DNA of 64,000 nucleotides from Prorocentrum cordatum (lineage: Eukaryota). Shown here one piece after another: positions 24,682 to 34,922 of the stretch. A program made the translations under genes and the position numbers. The stretch covers positions 1 through 64,000 of the forward strand of contig CAUYUJ010000222.1 of the NCBI GenBank assembly GCA_963575745.1. Reading direction: 5' to 3'. How positions within the stretch are numbered: position 1 is the first letter of the stretch; each line of letters opens with the position of its first letter. Below the pieces are notes generated by a model. It had not been told where the DNA came from. It ran no database searches and saw only the letters and a program-made list of their open reading frames with translations.

Positions 24682-26427
24682 ATGGCCGCTGCGCTGGCGA
24701 CCCCCCGGGCGTCGTGCCCGGCAGATGGGTCGCAGTCTTCGTCCCCGAGGGCTTCCAAGTCTGGCTTGGCCCCTCCCCAGTCGGAGCCGTCGGACGCGGA
24801 GTCCCACCCGCCCACCTCGACGTCGGAGTTTCCCCCCTCGAGCGGAGCGCCCCTCGCGCCCCCTTCAGAGAGTTCAGCCGGCCGCGCCCTCCCCCAGGGC
24901 GGGGCGCACCTCGCGCCCCCTCCTGAGGGCGGAGTCGCGCAAGTACAGGGCGCCGCCCCCGACATACCCTCCCGGGATATGGGCACCGCCGAAGGTAGTG
25001 GCGCCCAGTGCTACTGCCCTTCCGCAGACAAGCCTCTCCCATCGGACGGAGCGCCACTCGCGCCCCCCTCCGAGGAAGGCGGTGCGCGAGCCCTCACCCA
25101 GAGCGGCACGCTCCTCGCGCCACCCTCCACAGGCGGAGCAGACAGGCCCCTCCCATCGAGCGGAGCGCCACTCGCGCCCCCCTCTGGTGCAGGCGCCGCC
25201 CAAACTGCGTCCACATCCGCAGGCAGAGCCAGCCGGCCCCTCCCATCGAGCGGAGCGCCACTCGCGCTCCCCTCCGATGCAGGCGTCGCCCGAGCCACCC
25301 CCCGGAGCGGTGCGCCCCTCGCGCCCCCCTCCGCGGACGGAGCCGGCGGACTCCCATCGAGCGGAGCGCCACTCGCGCCCCCCTCCGGGGAAGGAGCCGC
25401 GCGAGCAGATCCTGGAGCTGGAGCGGCGCACGTCCACGATGTCCAAGGACGAAGTCAACCAGATGCTGCTTCACATAGCGGCTCGTGCCCCCACCAGCGT
25501 TCTCAAGCGGTTCCTTCGGGGAGCCCCCAGCCAGGAGCCAACGCTAACCATCAGCACCAGAACAGTGGCCCTGACTGCAACGAACGCTCCTGCTCAGACC
25601 CGGCGTGGCCGCACCGAGGGAGCCACCCGCCCCTCCCCAGCGTCGCCCGCGCCTGGGCCGCCGACCGAACCGAGCCCTTCGCCCCAGCCGCACGTCCCCG
25701 GACGGGAGGACTCCCCCCTCTCAGCCTTGGTGACCGCGCAGCGGCGGCGCCATCGGCAGGAGCGGAAGCAACGGGCGGCGGCTGGCGCAGCGCCCCCGAG
25801 CCCGATGCACATTCCGGCATCGAAGCGCCCTCGATCGCCGGCGCAGTTCGCCTACGAGCCCTGGGTGCACAAGACGACCGAGGTTCAGAAGCGACCGAAG
25901 ACACAGCCCACGGTGCCCACGAAGAAACCGAGGGTGCCGTGGCGACCCCGCGAGTGAAGTCAGGCATCGAGGACGTGTCTCTGCCCGCAATCCCCTCGTT
26001 TCCCGCGCTCGGCGCCCTGACCGCGGAATCCAACGACGACGTGGAGGACGACGTCACTTTCGGCACTGTCGAGGACATGCGCGCGGAGCTCGAAGGCACA
26101 GGCTCCGTGCCCATCCCCGTCTTCATCAAGTTCGCGACCAGCAGCCCTTCGGTCGACTTCGAGCCTTTCGCGGTGACCGCAAAGTCGATTCACCGCCCCC
26201 TGTACCTCTTCCGGGTGGCCCACCAGACCGCTAAGAAGGCCCACATGGTCCGCACCCACAGTTTTGCTCTTCAGCTCCTCAGCGAAGAGGGCCTTTCGGC
26301 CGTCGAAGCTGACAAACCGCTCTCCGAGATACTCCCGCACTTGCCGAACGACGGAGCCCTCTTCATAGTTGGCGTGTGCGACCCCTCCACTGCGCAGGCG
26401 TCGGCCCCCACCTTCGACTCGCGGTGA
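24682..26427 (+). CDS. Intronless 581-aa hypothetical protein (SSGAPLAPPS repeats plus globular-looking C-terminus); function and expression unknown
   Basis: ATG at 24682 downstream of SL, open to TGA 26427; the same frame is disrupted by a 1-bp indel in copy 2. Confidence 0.4.
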   Translation: MAAALATPRASCPADGSQSSSPRASKSGLAPPQSEPSDAESHPPTSTSEFPPSSGAPLAPPSESSAGRALPQGGAHLAPPPEGGVAQVQGAAPDIPSRDMGTAEGSGAQCYCPSADKPLPSDGAPLAPPSEEGGARALTQSGTLLAPPSTGGADRPLPSSGAPLAPPSGAGAAQTASTSAGRASRPLPSSGAPLALPSDAGVARATPRSGAPLAPPSADGAGGLPSSGAPLAPPSGEGAARADPGAGAAHVHDVQGRSQPDAASHSGSCPHQRSQAVPSGSPQPGANANHQHQNSGPDCNERSCSDPAWPHRGSHPPLPSVARAWAADRTEPFAPAARPRTGGLPPLSLGDRAAAAPSAGAEATGGGWRSAPEPDAHSGIEAPSIAGAVRLRALGAQDDRGSEATEDTAHGAHEETEGAVATPRVKSGIEDVSLPAIPSFPALGALTAESNDDVEDDVTFGTVEDMRAELEGTGSVPIPVFIKFATSSPSVDFEPFAVTAKSIHRPLYLFRVAHQTAKKAHMVRTHSFALQLLSEEGLSAVEADKPLSEILPHLPNDGALFIVGVCDPSTAQASAPTFDSR

Positions 26428-26928
26428 CAGCGTAGAACGCCCCCCGACGCCCTGCCCTGTCCGCATGGCCGCCAGGCGCCCTGGATACCATTGTGCGCAG
26501 CGGCCCCGGCGTGCCGTTACGGCGTTTTCCCCTCTGTATTCCCTTATGTTGTGCCCACTGGCACGGCGCCCGCCACGGCTGGATCCGGCTAGCTGCCCAC
26601 GCCGTGCCGCTACGACGCTCACTACGGCTGGATTCGGCTCGTCGCGCTGCGCCCGGGTTGGCACCGCGTGCCTCCCGAAGGCGCTCCGCTGGACTCGGCT
26701 CCCGTCGTCTTCCCTAGCGGCAATGCGCGTAGTGCATCGCTGAAGCACGATCTGCCTCTCACCTGGAGTGGCTGCCCGGAGGAGCTCCACCACGAGGGTG
26801 GTTGAGCGGCACTTTAAATATAATCTGACTTGATACGCCTCGCGCAACACGGGGCAAATAATATATATATATATATATATATATATCTATATATATATAT
26901 ATATATATGATATATATATATATATATG

Positions 26929-29883
26929 TAGCACCCCCCCCCCCCCCCCCCCGCACCCCACCGATTCATGTTTCTGAAAATCTTGTTTTGAAAACGTTGG
27001 TGCGTTGGCTTTGAATGGCTTCGCTGTTTCAACGCGCGTTGCACTTGGAAATCCTGTTGAGGAGGATTACAATGATATTCTTTTGAAGGGATCCCAATCG
27101 GATTTATTTTAAAGCTGCTTTGGCCTTAGTGAAAGGGCAAGGAAACAGAAAACCAACAAAAACACGACATCCAACAAAAACAAAGCGAAAACCAACAAAA
27201 TTAATAACCAAGGCAGAAAAACCAACAAAACCAATGGTGTTCAATAGTTTTCCCTTCTATCAGTTACAAAAGCAAACCCTCGTGTGGCGGAATACAAAAG
27301 GATCCCTTTTGTGGCGGAGTACACAAGGAGTTCCTTTGTGGCGGAATACACAAGGATTTCCTTTTGTGACGGAATATTAAAGGATTTCTTTTGTAGTGGA
27401 ATACAAAAGGATTCCTTTTGTGGAGGAATACAAAAGGATTCCCTTTGTGGCGGAACACAGAAGGATTTCATTCGTGGCGGGATACAAAAGGATTCCCTTT
27501 GTGTCGGAATACAAAAGGATTTCCTTTGTGGCGGAATACAAAAGGATTCTTTTTGTGGCGGAATACAAATGAAAACAAATGGTTTTGCAACGTCTCCAAT
27601 GGAAAACTATTGAAAACTATCGGTTTTGTTGGTTTTCTTGCCTTGGTTATTAATTTTGTTGGTTTTCGCTTTGTGTTTGTTGGATTTCGTGTTTTTGTTG
27701 GTTTTCTGCTTTTGCCCCTGGGCCTGCGGCTGCCCTGTTAGCAACGGAGGAGGGTGAGAAACCAGAAAACCAACAAAAGCACGTAATCCAACAAAAACAA
27801 AGCGAAAACCAACAAAATTAATAACCAAGGCAAAAAAAACAACAAACCCAATGGTTTTCAATAGTTTCCCCTTCTATCAGTTACAAAAGCAAACCCTTTG
27901 TGCGGCGGAATACAAAAGGATCCCTTTTGTGGCGGAATACACAAGGAGTTCTTTTTGTGGCGGAATACACAAGAATTTCCTTCTGTGGCGGAATATTCAA
28001 GGATTTCTTTTGCAGTGGAATACAGAAGGATTCCTTGTGTGGAGGAATACAAAAGGATTCCCTTTGTGGCGGAATACAGAAGGATTCCATTCGTGGCGGG
28101 ATACAAAAGGATTCCCTTTGTGTCGGAATACAAAAGTATTTCCTTTGTGGCGGAATACAAAAGGATTCTTTTTGTGGCGGAATACAAATGAAAACAAATG
28201 GTTCTGCAACGTCTTCAATGGAAAACTATTGAAAACTATCGGTTTTGTTGGTTTTCTTGCCTTGGTTATTAATTTTGTTGGTTTTCGTTTTGTTTTTGTT
28301 GGATGTCGTGTTTTTGTTGGTTTTCTGCTTTTGCCCCTGGGCCTGCGGCTGCCTTGTTAGCAACGGAGGAGGGTGAGAAACCAGAAAACCAACAAAAGCA
28401 CGTAATCCAACAAAAACAAAGCGAAAACCAACAAAATTAATAACCAAGGCCAGAAGACCAACAAAACCAATGGTTTTCAATAGTTTTCCCTTCTATCAGT
28501 TACAACAGCAAACCCTTGTGTGGCGGAGTACAAAAGGACCCCTTTTGCGGCGGAATACACAAGGAGTTCCTTTGTGGCGGAATACACAAGGATTTCCAGC
28601 TGTGGCTGAATAGTAAAGGATTTCTTTTGTAGTGGAATACAAAAGGATTCCTTTTGTGGAGGAATACAAAAGGATTCCCTTTGTGGCGGAATACAGAAGG
28701 ATTCCATTTGTGGCGGAATACAAAAGGATCCCTTTTGTGTCGGAATACAAAAGGATTTCCTTTGTGGCGGAATACAAAAGGATTCTTTTTGTGGCGGAAT
28801 ACAAATGAAAACAAATGGTTCTGCAACGTCTTCAATGGAAAACTATTGAAAACTATCGGTTTTGTTGGTTTTTTTTCTGTCTTGGTTATTAATTTTGTTG
28901 GTTTTCGTTTTGTTTTTGTTGGATGTCGTGTTGTTGTTGGTGTTCTGCTTTTGCCCCTGGGCCTGCGGCTGCCCTGTTAGCAACGGAGTAGGGTGAGAAC
29001 CCAGAAAACCAACAAAAACACGAAACCCAACAAAAACAAAGCGGAAACCAACAAACGTTATAACCAATGCAGAAAAAACAACAAAACCAATGGTTTTCAA
29101 TAGTTGTCCCTTCTATCAATTACAACAGCAAACCCTTGCGTGGCGGAATACAAAAGGACCCCTTTTGTTGCGGAATACAAAAGGAATTCCTTTTGCGGCG
29201 GAATACACAAGGATTTCCTTGTGTTGCGGAATACAAAAGGATTTCTTTTGTAGAGGAATGCAAAAGGATTCCTTTTGTGGAGGAATACAAAAGGATTCCC
29301 TTTGTGGCGGAATACAGAAGGATTCCATTTGTGGCGGAATACAAAAGGATTCTCTTTGTGTCGGAATACAAAAGGATTCCCTTTGTGGCGGAATACAAAA
29401 GTTTTTTTGTGGCGGAATACACATGAAAACAAATGGTTTTGCAATGTCTTCAATGGGAAACTTTTGAAAACAATTGTTTTCGTTGGTCCTCTCCGCGCGC
29501 GCCACGCGCGTGTCCATGGATGTTTCGTTTGCAGGAACTCGCGCAACGAAAAAGATGGGTGCAGCAGGTCGTGAGCTTCTCTGTCGCCCGCAATTATATG
29601 GGTCTGCGTCGCTTTTGTATGTTATCCTATGCCATCTACGTCAATATTAGTGCTACGAACGCATTGTGTATAGCGCTATGTGGACGCATCTGCAGCCCGT
29701 GAGCAATCGCATTCCGTACGTGCAGTGACGAGATACAAGTAGCGATTCACATGCAGGGTCCAGCCGAGCATGTGAAACACAAGTAAGCCATCACTAGCGA
29801 CCATCCACCCAAACAGACATGACAATCTTGATTATAGTTCCGCCATCGCGTCGAAGGTGGGGTGCTGGGGGGGGGGGGGGCTA
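26929..29883. mobile_element. Putative non-autonomous inverted-repeat-bounded element within (TA)n
   Basis: Left TAGCA-C(n)-GCACCCCACC (26929-26962); right GGTGGGGTGCT-G(n)-CTA (29856-29883); (TA)n on both outer sides. Confidence 0.55.
27146..29485. repeat. Tandem array of four ~620-bp foldback units (~110-bp inverted arms enclosing ~11 x 27-bp hairpin repeats)
   Basis: Units 27146-27708, 27763-28327, 28382-28947, 29002-~29485 (last truncated); arms CAGAAAACCAACAAAA...TCAATAGTTTTCC and their reverse complement; core GTGGCGGAATACAAAAGGAT(T/C)CCTTTT. Confidence 0.92.
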
Positions 29884-29958
29884 GCATATATATATATACA
29901 CACACACATATACATATATATATATATATATATATGCATACATACATACATACATACA

Positions 29959-30016
<58 letters not shown>

Positions 30017-30021
<5 letters not shown>

Positions 30022-30038
30022 AGCCATTTTGGCTCAAG
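30017..30038 (+). other. Perfect DinoSL relic
   Basis: TCCGTAGCCATTTTGGCTCAAG, 22/22. Confidence 0.97.
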
Positions 30039-32378
30039 TGGCACCGCCGCGCGCGTCCCGGGCCCCTCCCCGCGCGCGCGGCAGCCCGCCGTCGGCCGGC
30101 ACGTGCGGCTGCTGAGGCTGGCGCTGCCCTTGCAGCGCTACGCAGCCTGCCCCTCGCAGGTCTGCGTCGCGGAGTGCCCCACCGCCGTGGTCTATGTTCA
30201 ATGGCCGCTGCGCTGGCGACCCCCCGGGCGTCGTGCCCGGCAGATGGGTCACAGTCTTCGTCCCCGAGGGCTTCCAAGTCTGGCTTGGCCCCTCCCCAGT
30301 CGGAGCCGTCGGACTCGGAGTCCCACCCGTCCACCTCGACGTCGGAGTCTCCCCCACGAGCGGAGCGCCCTTCGCGCCCCCTTCAGAGAGTTCAGCCGGC
30401 CGCGCCCTCCCCCAGGGCGGGGCGCACCTCGCGTCCCCTCCTGAGGGCGGAGTCGCGCAAGTACAGGGCGCCGTCCCCGACATACCCTCCCGGGATATGG
30501 GCACCGCCGAATCTAGCGGCGCCGAGTGCTACTGCCCTTCCGCAGACAAGCCTCTCCCATCGGACGGAGCGCCACTCGCGCCCCCCTCCGAGGAAGGCGG
30601 TGCGCGAGCCCTCACCCAGAGCGGCACGCTCCTCGCGCCACCCTCCACAGGCGGAGCAGACAGGCCCCTCCCATCGAGCGGAGCGCCACTGGCGCCCCCC
30701 TCTGGCGCAGGCGCCGCCCAAACTGCGTCCACATCCGCAGGCAGAGCCAGCCGGCCCCTCCCATCGAGCGGAGCGCCACTCGCGCTCCCCTGCGATGCAG
30801 GCGTCGCCCGAGCCCTCCCCCGGAGCGGTGCGCCCCTCGCGCCCCCCTCCGCGGACGGAGCCGGCGGACTCCCATCGAGCGGAGCGCCATTCGCGCCCCC
30901 CTCCGGGGAAGGAGCCGCGCGAGCAGATCCTGGAGCTGGAGCGGCGCACGTCCACGATGTCCAAGGACGAAGTCAACCAGATGCTGCTTCACATAGCGGC
31001 TCGTGCTCCCACCAGCGTTCTCAAGCGGTTCCTTCAGGGAGCCCCCAGCCAGGAGCCAACACTCACCATCAGCACCGGAACAGTGGCCCTGACTGCAACG
31101 AACGCTCCTGCTCAGACCCGGCGTGGCCGCACCGAGGGAGCCCGCCCCTCCCCAGCGTCGCCCGCGCCTGGGCCGCCGACCGAACCGAGCCCTTCGCCCC
31201 AGCCGCACGTCCCCGGACGGGAGGACTCTCCCCTCTCAGCCTTGGTGACCGCGCAGCGGCGGCGCCATCGGCAGGAGCGGAAGCAACGGGCGGCGGCTGG
31301 CGCAGTGCCCCCGAGCCCGAGGCACATTCCGGCATCGAAGCGCCCTCGATCGCCAGTGCAGTTCGCCTACGAGCCCTGGGTGCACAAGACGACCGAGGTT
31401 CAGAAGCGACCGAAGACACAGCCCACGGTGCCCACGAAGAAACCGAGGGTGCCATGGCGACCCCGCGAGTGAAGTCAGGCATCGAGGACGTGTCTCTGCC
31501 CGCAATCCCCTCGTTTCCCGCGCTCGGCGCCCTGACCGCGGAATTCAACGACGACGTGGAGGACGACGTCATTTTCGGCACTGTCGAGGACATGCGCGCG
31601 GAGCTCGAAGGCACAGGCTCCGCGCCCATCCCCGTATTCATCAAGTTCGCGACCAGCAGCCCTTCGGTCGACTTCGAGCCTTCCGCGGTGACCGCAAAGT
31701 TGATTCACCGCCCGCCGCACCTCTTCCGGGTGGCCCACCAGACCGCTAAAAAGGTCCACATGCTCCGCACCCACAGTTTTGCTCTTCAGCTCCACAGCGA
31801 AGAGGGCCTTTCGGCCGTCGAAGCTGACAAACCGCTCTCCGAGATACTCCCGCACTTGCCGAACGACGGAGCCCTCTTCATACTTGGCGTGTGTGACCCC
31901 TCCACTGCGCAGGCGTCGGCCCCCACCTTCGACTCGCAGTGACAGCGTAGGACGCCTCCCGACGCCCTGCCCTGTCCGTATGGCCGCCAGGCGCCCTGGA
32001 TACCATTGTGTGCAGCTGCCCCGGCGCGCCGTTACGGCGTTTTCCCCTTTTTATTCCTTTTATGCTGTGCCCACTGGCACGGCGCCCGCCACGGCTGGAT
32101 CCGGCTAGCTGCCCACGCCGTGCCGTTACGACGCTCACTACGGCTGGATTCGGCTTGTCGCGCTGCGCCCGGGTTGGCACCGCGTGCCTCCCGAAGGCGC
32201 TCCGCTGGACTCGGCTCCCGTCGTCTTCCCTAGCGGTAATGCGTGTAGTGCATCGCTGAAGCACGATCTGCCTCTCACCTGGAGCGGCTGCCCGGAGGGA
32301 GCTCTACCACGAGGGTGGTTGAGCGGCACTTTAAATATAATATGACTTGGTACGCCTCGCGCAACACTGGGCAAATAA
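30017..32378 (+). mobile_element. SL-headed retrocopy, copy 2 (frameshifted relative to copy 1)
   Basis: Paralog of 24480-26861; 1-bp deletion at ~30350; ATG 30201 frame ends at 31472; C-terminal frame ends at 31942. Confidence 0.8.
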
Positions 32379-32954
32379 ATACATATATATATATGTGTAT
32401 ATATATATGCATATATATATATATATACATATATACATATATACAAATATATGCATACATATATATACATATATACATATATGCATATATACATATATAC
32501 ATATATCTATATATATATATACAGATAGCTACCCATACATACACACGTACATGTGTGTACATATGTTCACCTACATAAGCATATCGATATGAAAGTGCAT
32601 GTCGATTCTGATTGGGCAAGTGGCGCGTGCGTGAGACTCGAAGAAAGCTGCGTCCGGACCTCAGTGCGTTTCAACCGCCCCGGACGCACGCGTGCACCTG
32701 CAACTCTGCGTATTGATGTCACATGCATGTGCGACAGATGCCTGTCTTGTAACACGGCTACTCCCATGAAAGTGCAAGAATGGACGTGCCTCTCCTGACA
32801 GCTGCAGCCTCCTTGCCCGCACCCTCACCCCACAGCTTGCCAAGGGAGCCAGGCACACGCAAGATCTGCACTCGCCACTGCGTCGCTTCCTCTTGGACAG
32901 CCGCAGAAGGCGGCGGATGATTGCCCTTGCGCCCGAGTGGGGACCTGGACCGAG

Positions 32955-32976
32955 TCCGTAGCCGTTTCGGCTCAAG
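32955..32976 (+). other. Degenerate DinoSL relic upstream of the SH3BP5-like gene
   Basis: TCCGTAGCCGTTTCGGCTCAAG (20/22); 57 nt separate it from ATG 33034. Confidence 0.88.
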
Positions 32977-33033
32977 GGGGGTGCAGCCAGCGTTGTTTCG
33001 ACACTTTTGCAACCGCGCCGCGCCCCCGCGCCG

Positions 33034-34484
33034 ATGCGCGACCCAGAGATGAGCGGCCACGAGGACGGTGAGCCAGCGGCCCCTTGCCCAAGCCAGGATA
33101 CCCCCGTGGAGTGCGCACTTTCAAGAGAGGTGCCCAGCGCGCTGGCGGCCCTGGAGGAGCAGCTGTCTCAGGAGGTCCCCCTGCTGCTGGAGTCGATGAA
33201 CCGCACCTCCGCGGAGGTGAACATGTTCGAGGCGCGAGCTGGAGAGGCACAACGGCGGTACCAGGACTTGTTGGCCGACTGGAGCCAGATGTACGAGTCC
33301 CTGCACGCTCAGTTCGGCAGCGCCATCGACCGCGTCAAGCCGTACTTCGACGCCGCGCAGGTGTTCGCGGCGGCGTCGCAGAGGGTGCAGGGCGCCGTGC
33401 GAGAGTTCTCCACCGCCTCCTCCCAGCACGCGCGCGCGAAGGAGCGCCTGAACGAGCTGGAAAGGATCATGGAGCCAGGCTCGCACAACGTGCTCCTCGA
33501 CGGGGAAATGCAGGACGGCCTCTCGCGCGCGACGGTCGAGGTCACCCGGTGCCAGCGGGAGCGTGACCGGCTCGAGGGCGAGTACGCGAAGGCGCTCAAG
33601 GAGTACCAGAAGAGCCAGAGGGACCTCGAGGCATGGCGCGCTCACATTGGCGACGCCACGATCAAGCGCACGCTGCCGTGCTTCCGGCAGCTGCACCAGC
33701 AGCAGCTGAAGCTGGCCTCGGAGCAGAATCGCATCAGCGCCTTCGCCGACCGCGCCAGGGCCGCGATGAGCGCGTACGGAGGAGGAGGAGGAGGAGGAGG
33801 AGGAAGAGGAGGAGGGAGGAGGAGGAGGGAGGAGGAGGAGGAGGAGGAGGAGGAGGGAGGAGGAGGAGGAGGAGGAGGAGGAGGAGGAGGACACCGCGCC
33901 AAGGCCGCGAAGAGCGCGTACGGCACCTCCATGCGCGAGCTGGACCGCATCAGCACCGCGATCCACGCGGCGCGGCGAGACCACGCCGAGGGCAGGCTTG
34001 CGCCCGCGCCGGCGGCGGCCCGCCAGCGGGGGGCCGGCGGCTCGAGGCCCACGGTGGCCGCCCAGCCGGAGGACTCACCGGAGGCGACGCTGGAGCTCGC
34101 TCCAGAGGTCGCTCTCCCTCCTCCTCCTTCTCCTCTTCCTCCTCCTCCTCCTCCTCCTCCTCCTCCTCCTCCTCCTCCTCCTCCTCCTCCTCCTCCTCCT
34201 CCTCCTCCCCTCCCCTCCCCCTCCTCGTCCTCCTCCTCGTCCTCCTCCCCCTCCTCCTACTCCTGCTCCATCTCCTCCTCTTCCTCCTCCTTCTCCTGCT
34301 CCTCCTCATCCTCCTGCTCCTCCTCCTCCCTCCGATCGCTCCGCCCTCTCCCCACCTCGCCCCAGAGGTCGCGCGCGTCTTCGGCGAGGAGTGTTCGAGC
34401 TGCTCGGCGGAGAAGGCGCGCACTCCGCCACGGCGGCTGTCGGTCGCGGCGCTGGCGCCGGAGGACGACGGACCCTTCGCGTGA
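33034..34484 (+). CDS. SH3BP5: SH3BP5/REI-1/Parcas-family coiled-coil protein (Rab11 GEF-like); predicted join(33034..33759,33904..34107,34368..34484), 348 aa
   Basis: Colinear family motifs: LESMNRTSAEVNMFE, GSAIDRVKPYFDA, ARAKERL, QDGLSRATVEV, IKRTLPCF, AKSAYGTSMRELDRISTAIHAARR; GC-rich third codon positions. Confidence 0.85.
33760..33903 (+). other. Candidate GC-AG intron 1 (144 bp, (GGA)n-filled)
   Basis: 31-bp direct repeat at 33749-33779 and 33893-33923 (2 mismatches); G|GC...AAG|G; removal restores the coiled coil. Confidence 0.65.
34108..34367 (+). other. Candidate GT-AG intron 2 (260 bp, (CCT)n-filled)
   Basis: CTCGC(T/C)CCAGAG|GTCGC duplicated at both boundaries; removal joins LELAPE to VARVFGEEC...GPFA* in frame. 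Confidence 0.75.
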
Positions 34485-34775
34485 GCGGCGCCATCGTGAT
34501 CGTCGGAGGAGGATAGAACCCCCACCCTGCCAAGGCGATTGGCGGATGGCCCCTGTCGGTTCTCGAAAAGGTGTTTTGTTGCGGGACTGCGCCCACCAGG
34601 CCTGGTCCCGGGGTCGCTTTCACTATAAGGGGTGTTTTTCTAGAAGGGGTTCGGTCCACCCCCGGTTGCAGGGGGCACCGGACAGGTGCTGCATGTACAC
34701 AGCTAGCCGGTTGGGATGGGGCCAGGAGCCGGGGGTGCGAAAAAGAAAGAAGCAGAAAGTCGGGAAGGTTTTGGG

Positions 34776-34922
34776 TTAAGTCGGGCATGTCTTTCTACAG
34801 GCGGAGTATTTCAGATTATCTGGCGACGATGTTTCGTACTCTTTTGACTGTGTCTGATTAGTGTTTGACTATGTTTTAGGTTTCTTCCAAAATCCGCCTG
34901 TAGGAGGACATGCCCGACTTAA
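34776..34922. mobile_element. 147-bp MITE with TTAA-bounded terminal inverted repeats
   Basis: TTAAGTCGGGCATGTCTTTCTACAGGCGGA...TCCGCCTGTAGGAGGACATGCCCGACTTAA; relatives at ~54505-54633, ~55041-55203, ~62567-62706, ~62800-62955. Confidence 0.85.

Larger units (their letters stand above)
24480..26861 (+). mobile_element. SL-headed retrocopy, copy 1 (~2.4 kb) within (TA)n
   Basis: Starts at SL; colinear and highly similar to 30017-32378; (TA)n on both flanks. Confidence 0.8.

Noticed and set aside
27280..29425. CRISPR-like array of ~27-bp palindromic repeats
   Set aside because: Repeats are contiguous with no unique spacers; no cas genes; eukaryotic context.
33007..34779. 590-aa unspliced ORF as the real SH3BP5-like product
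   Set aside because: TTG start, poly-G/E/P/S runs and a nonsense-like tail; the spliced 348-aa model fits better.
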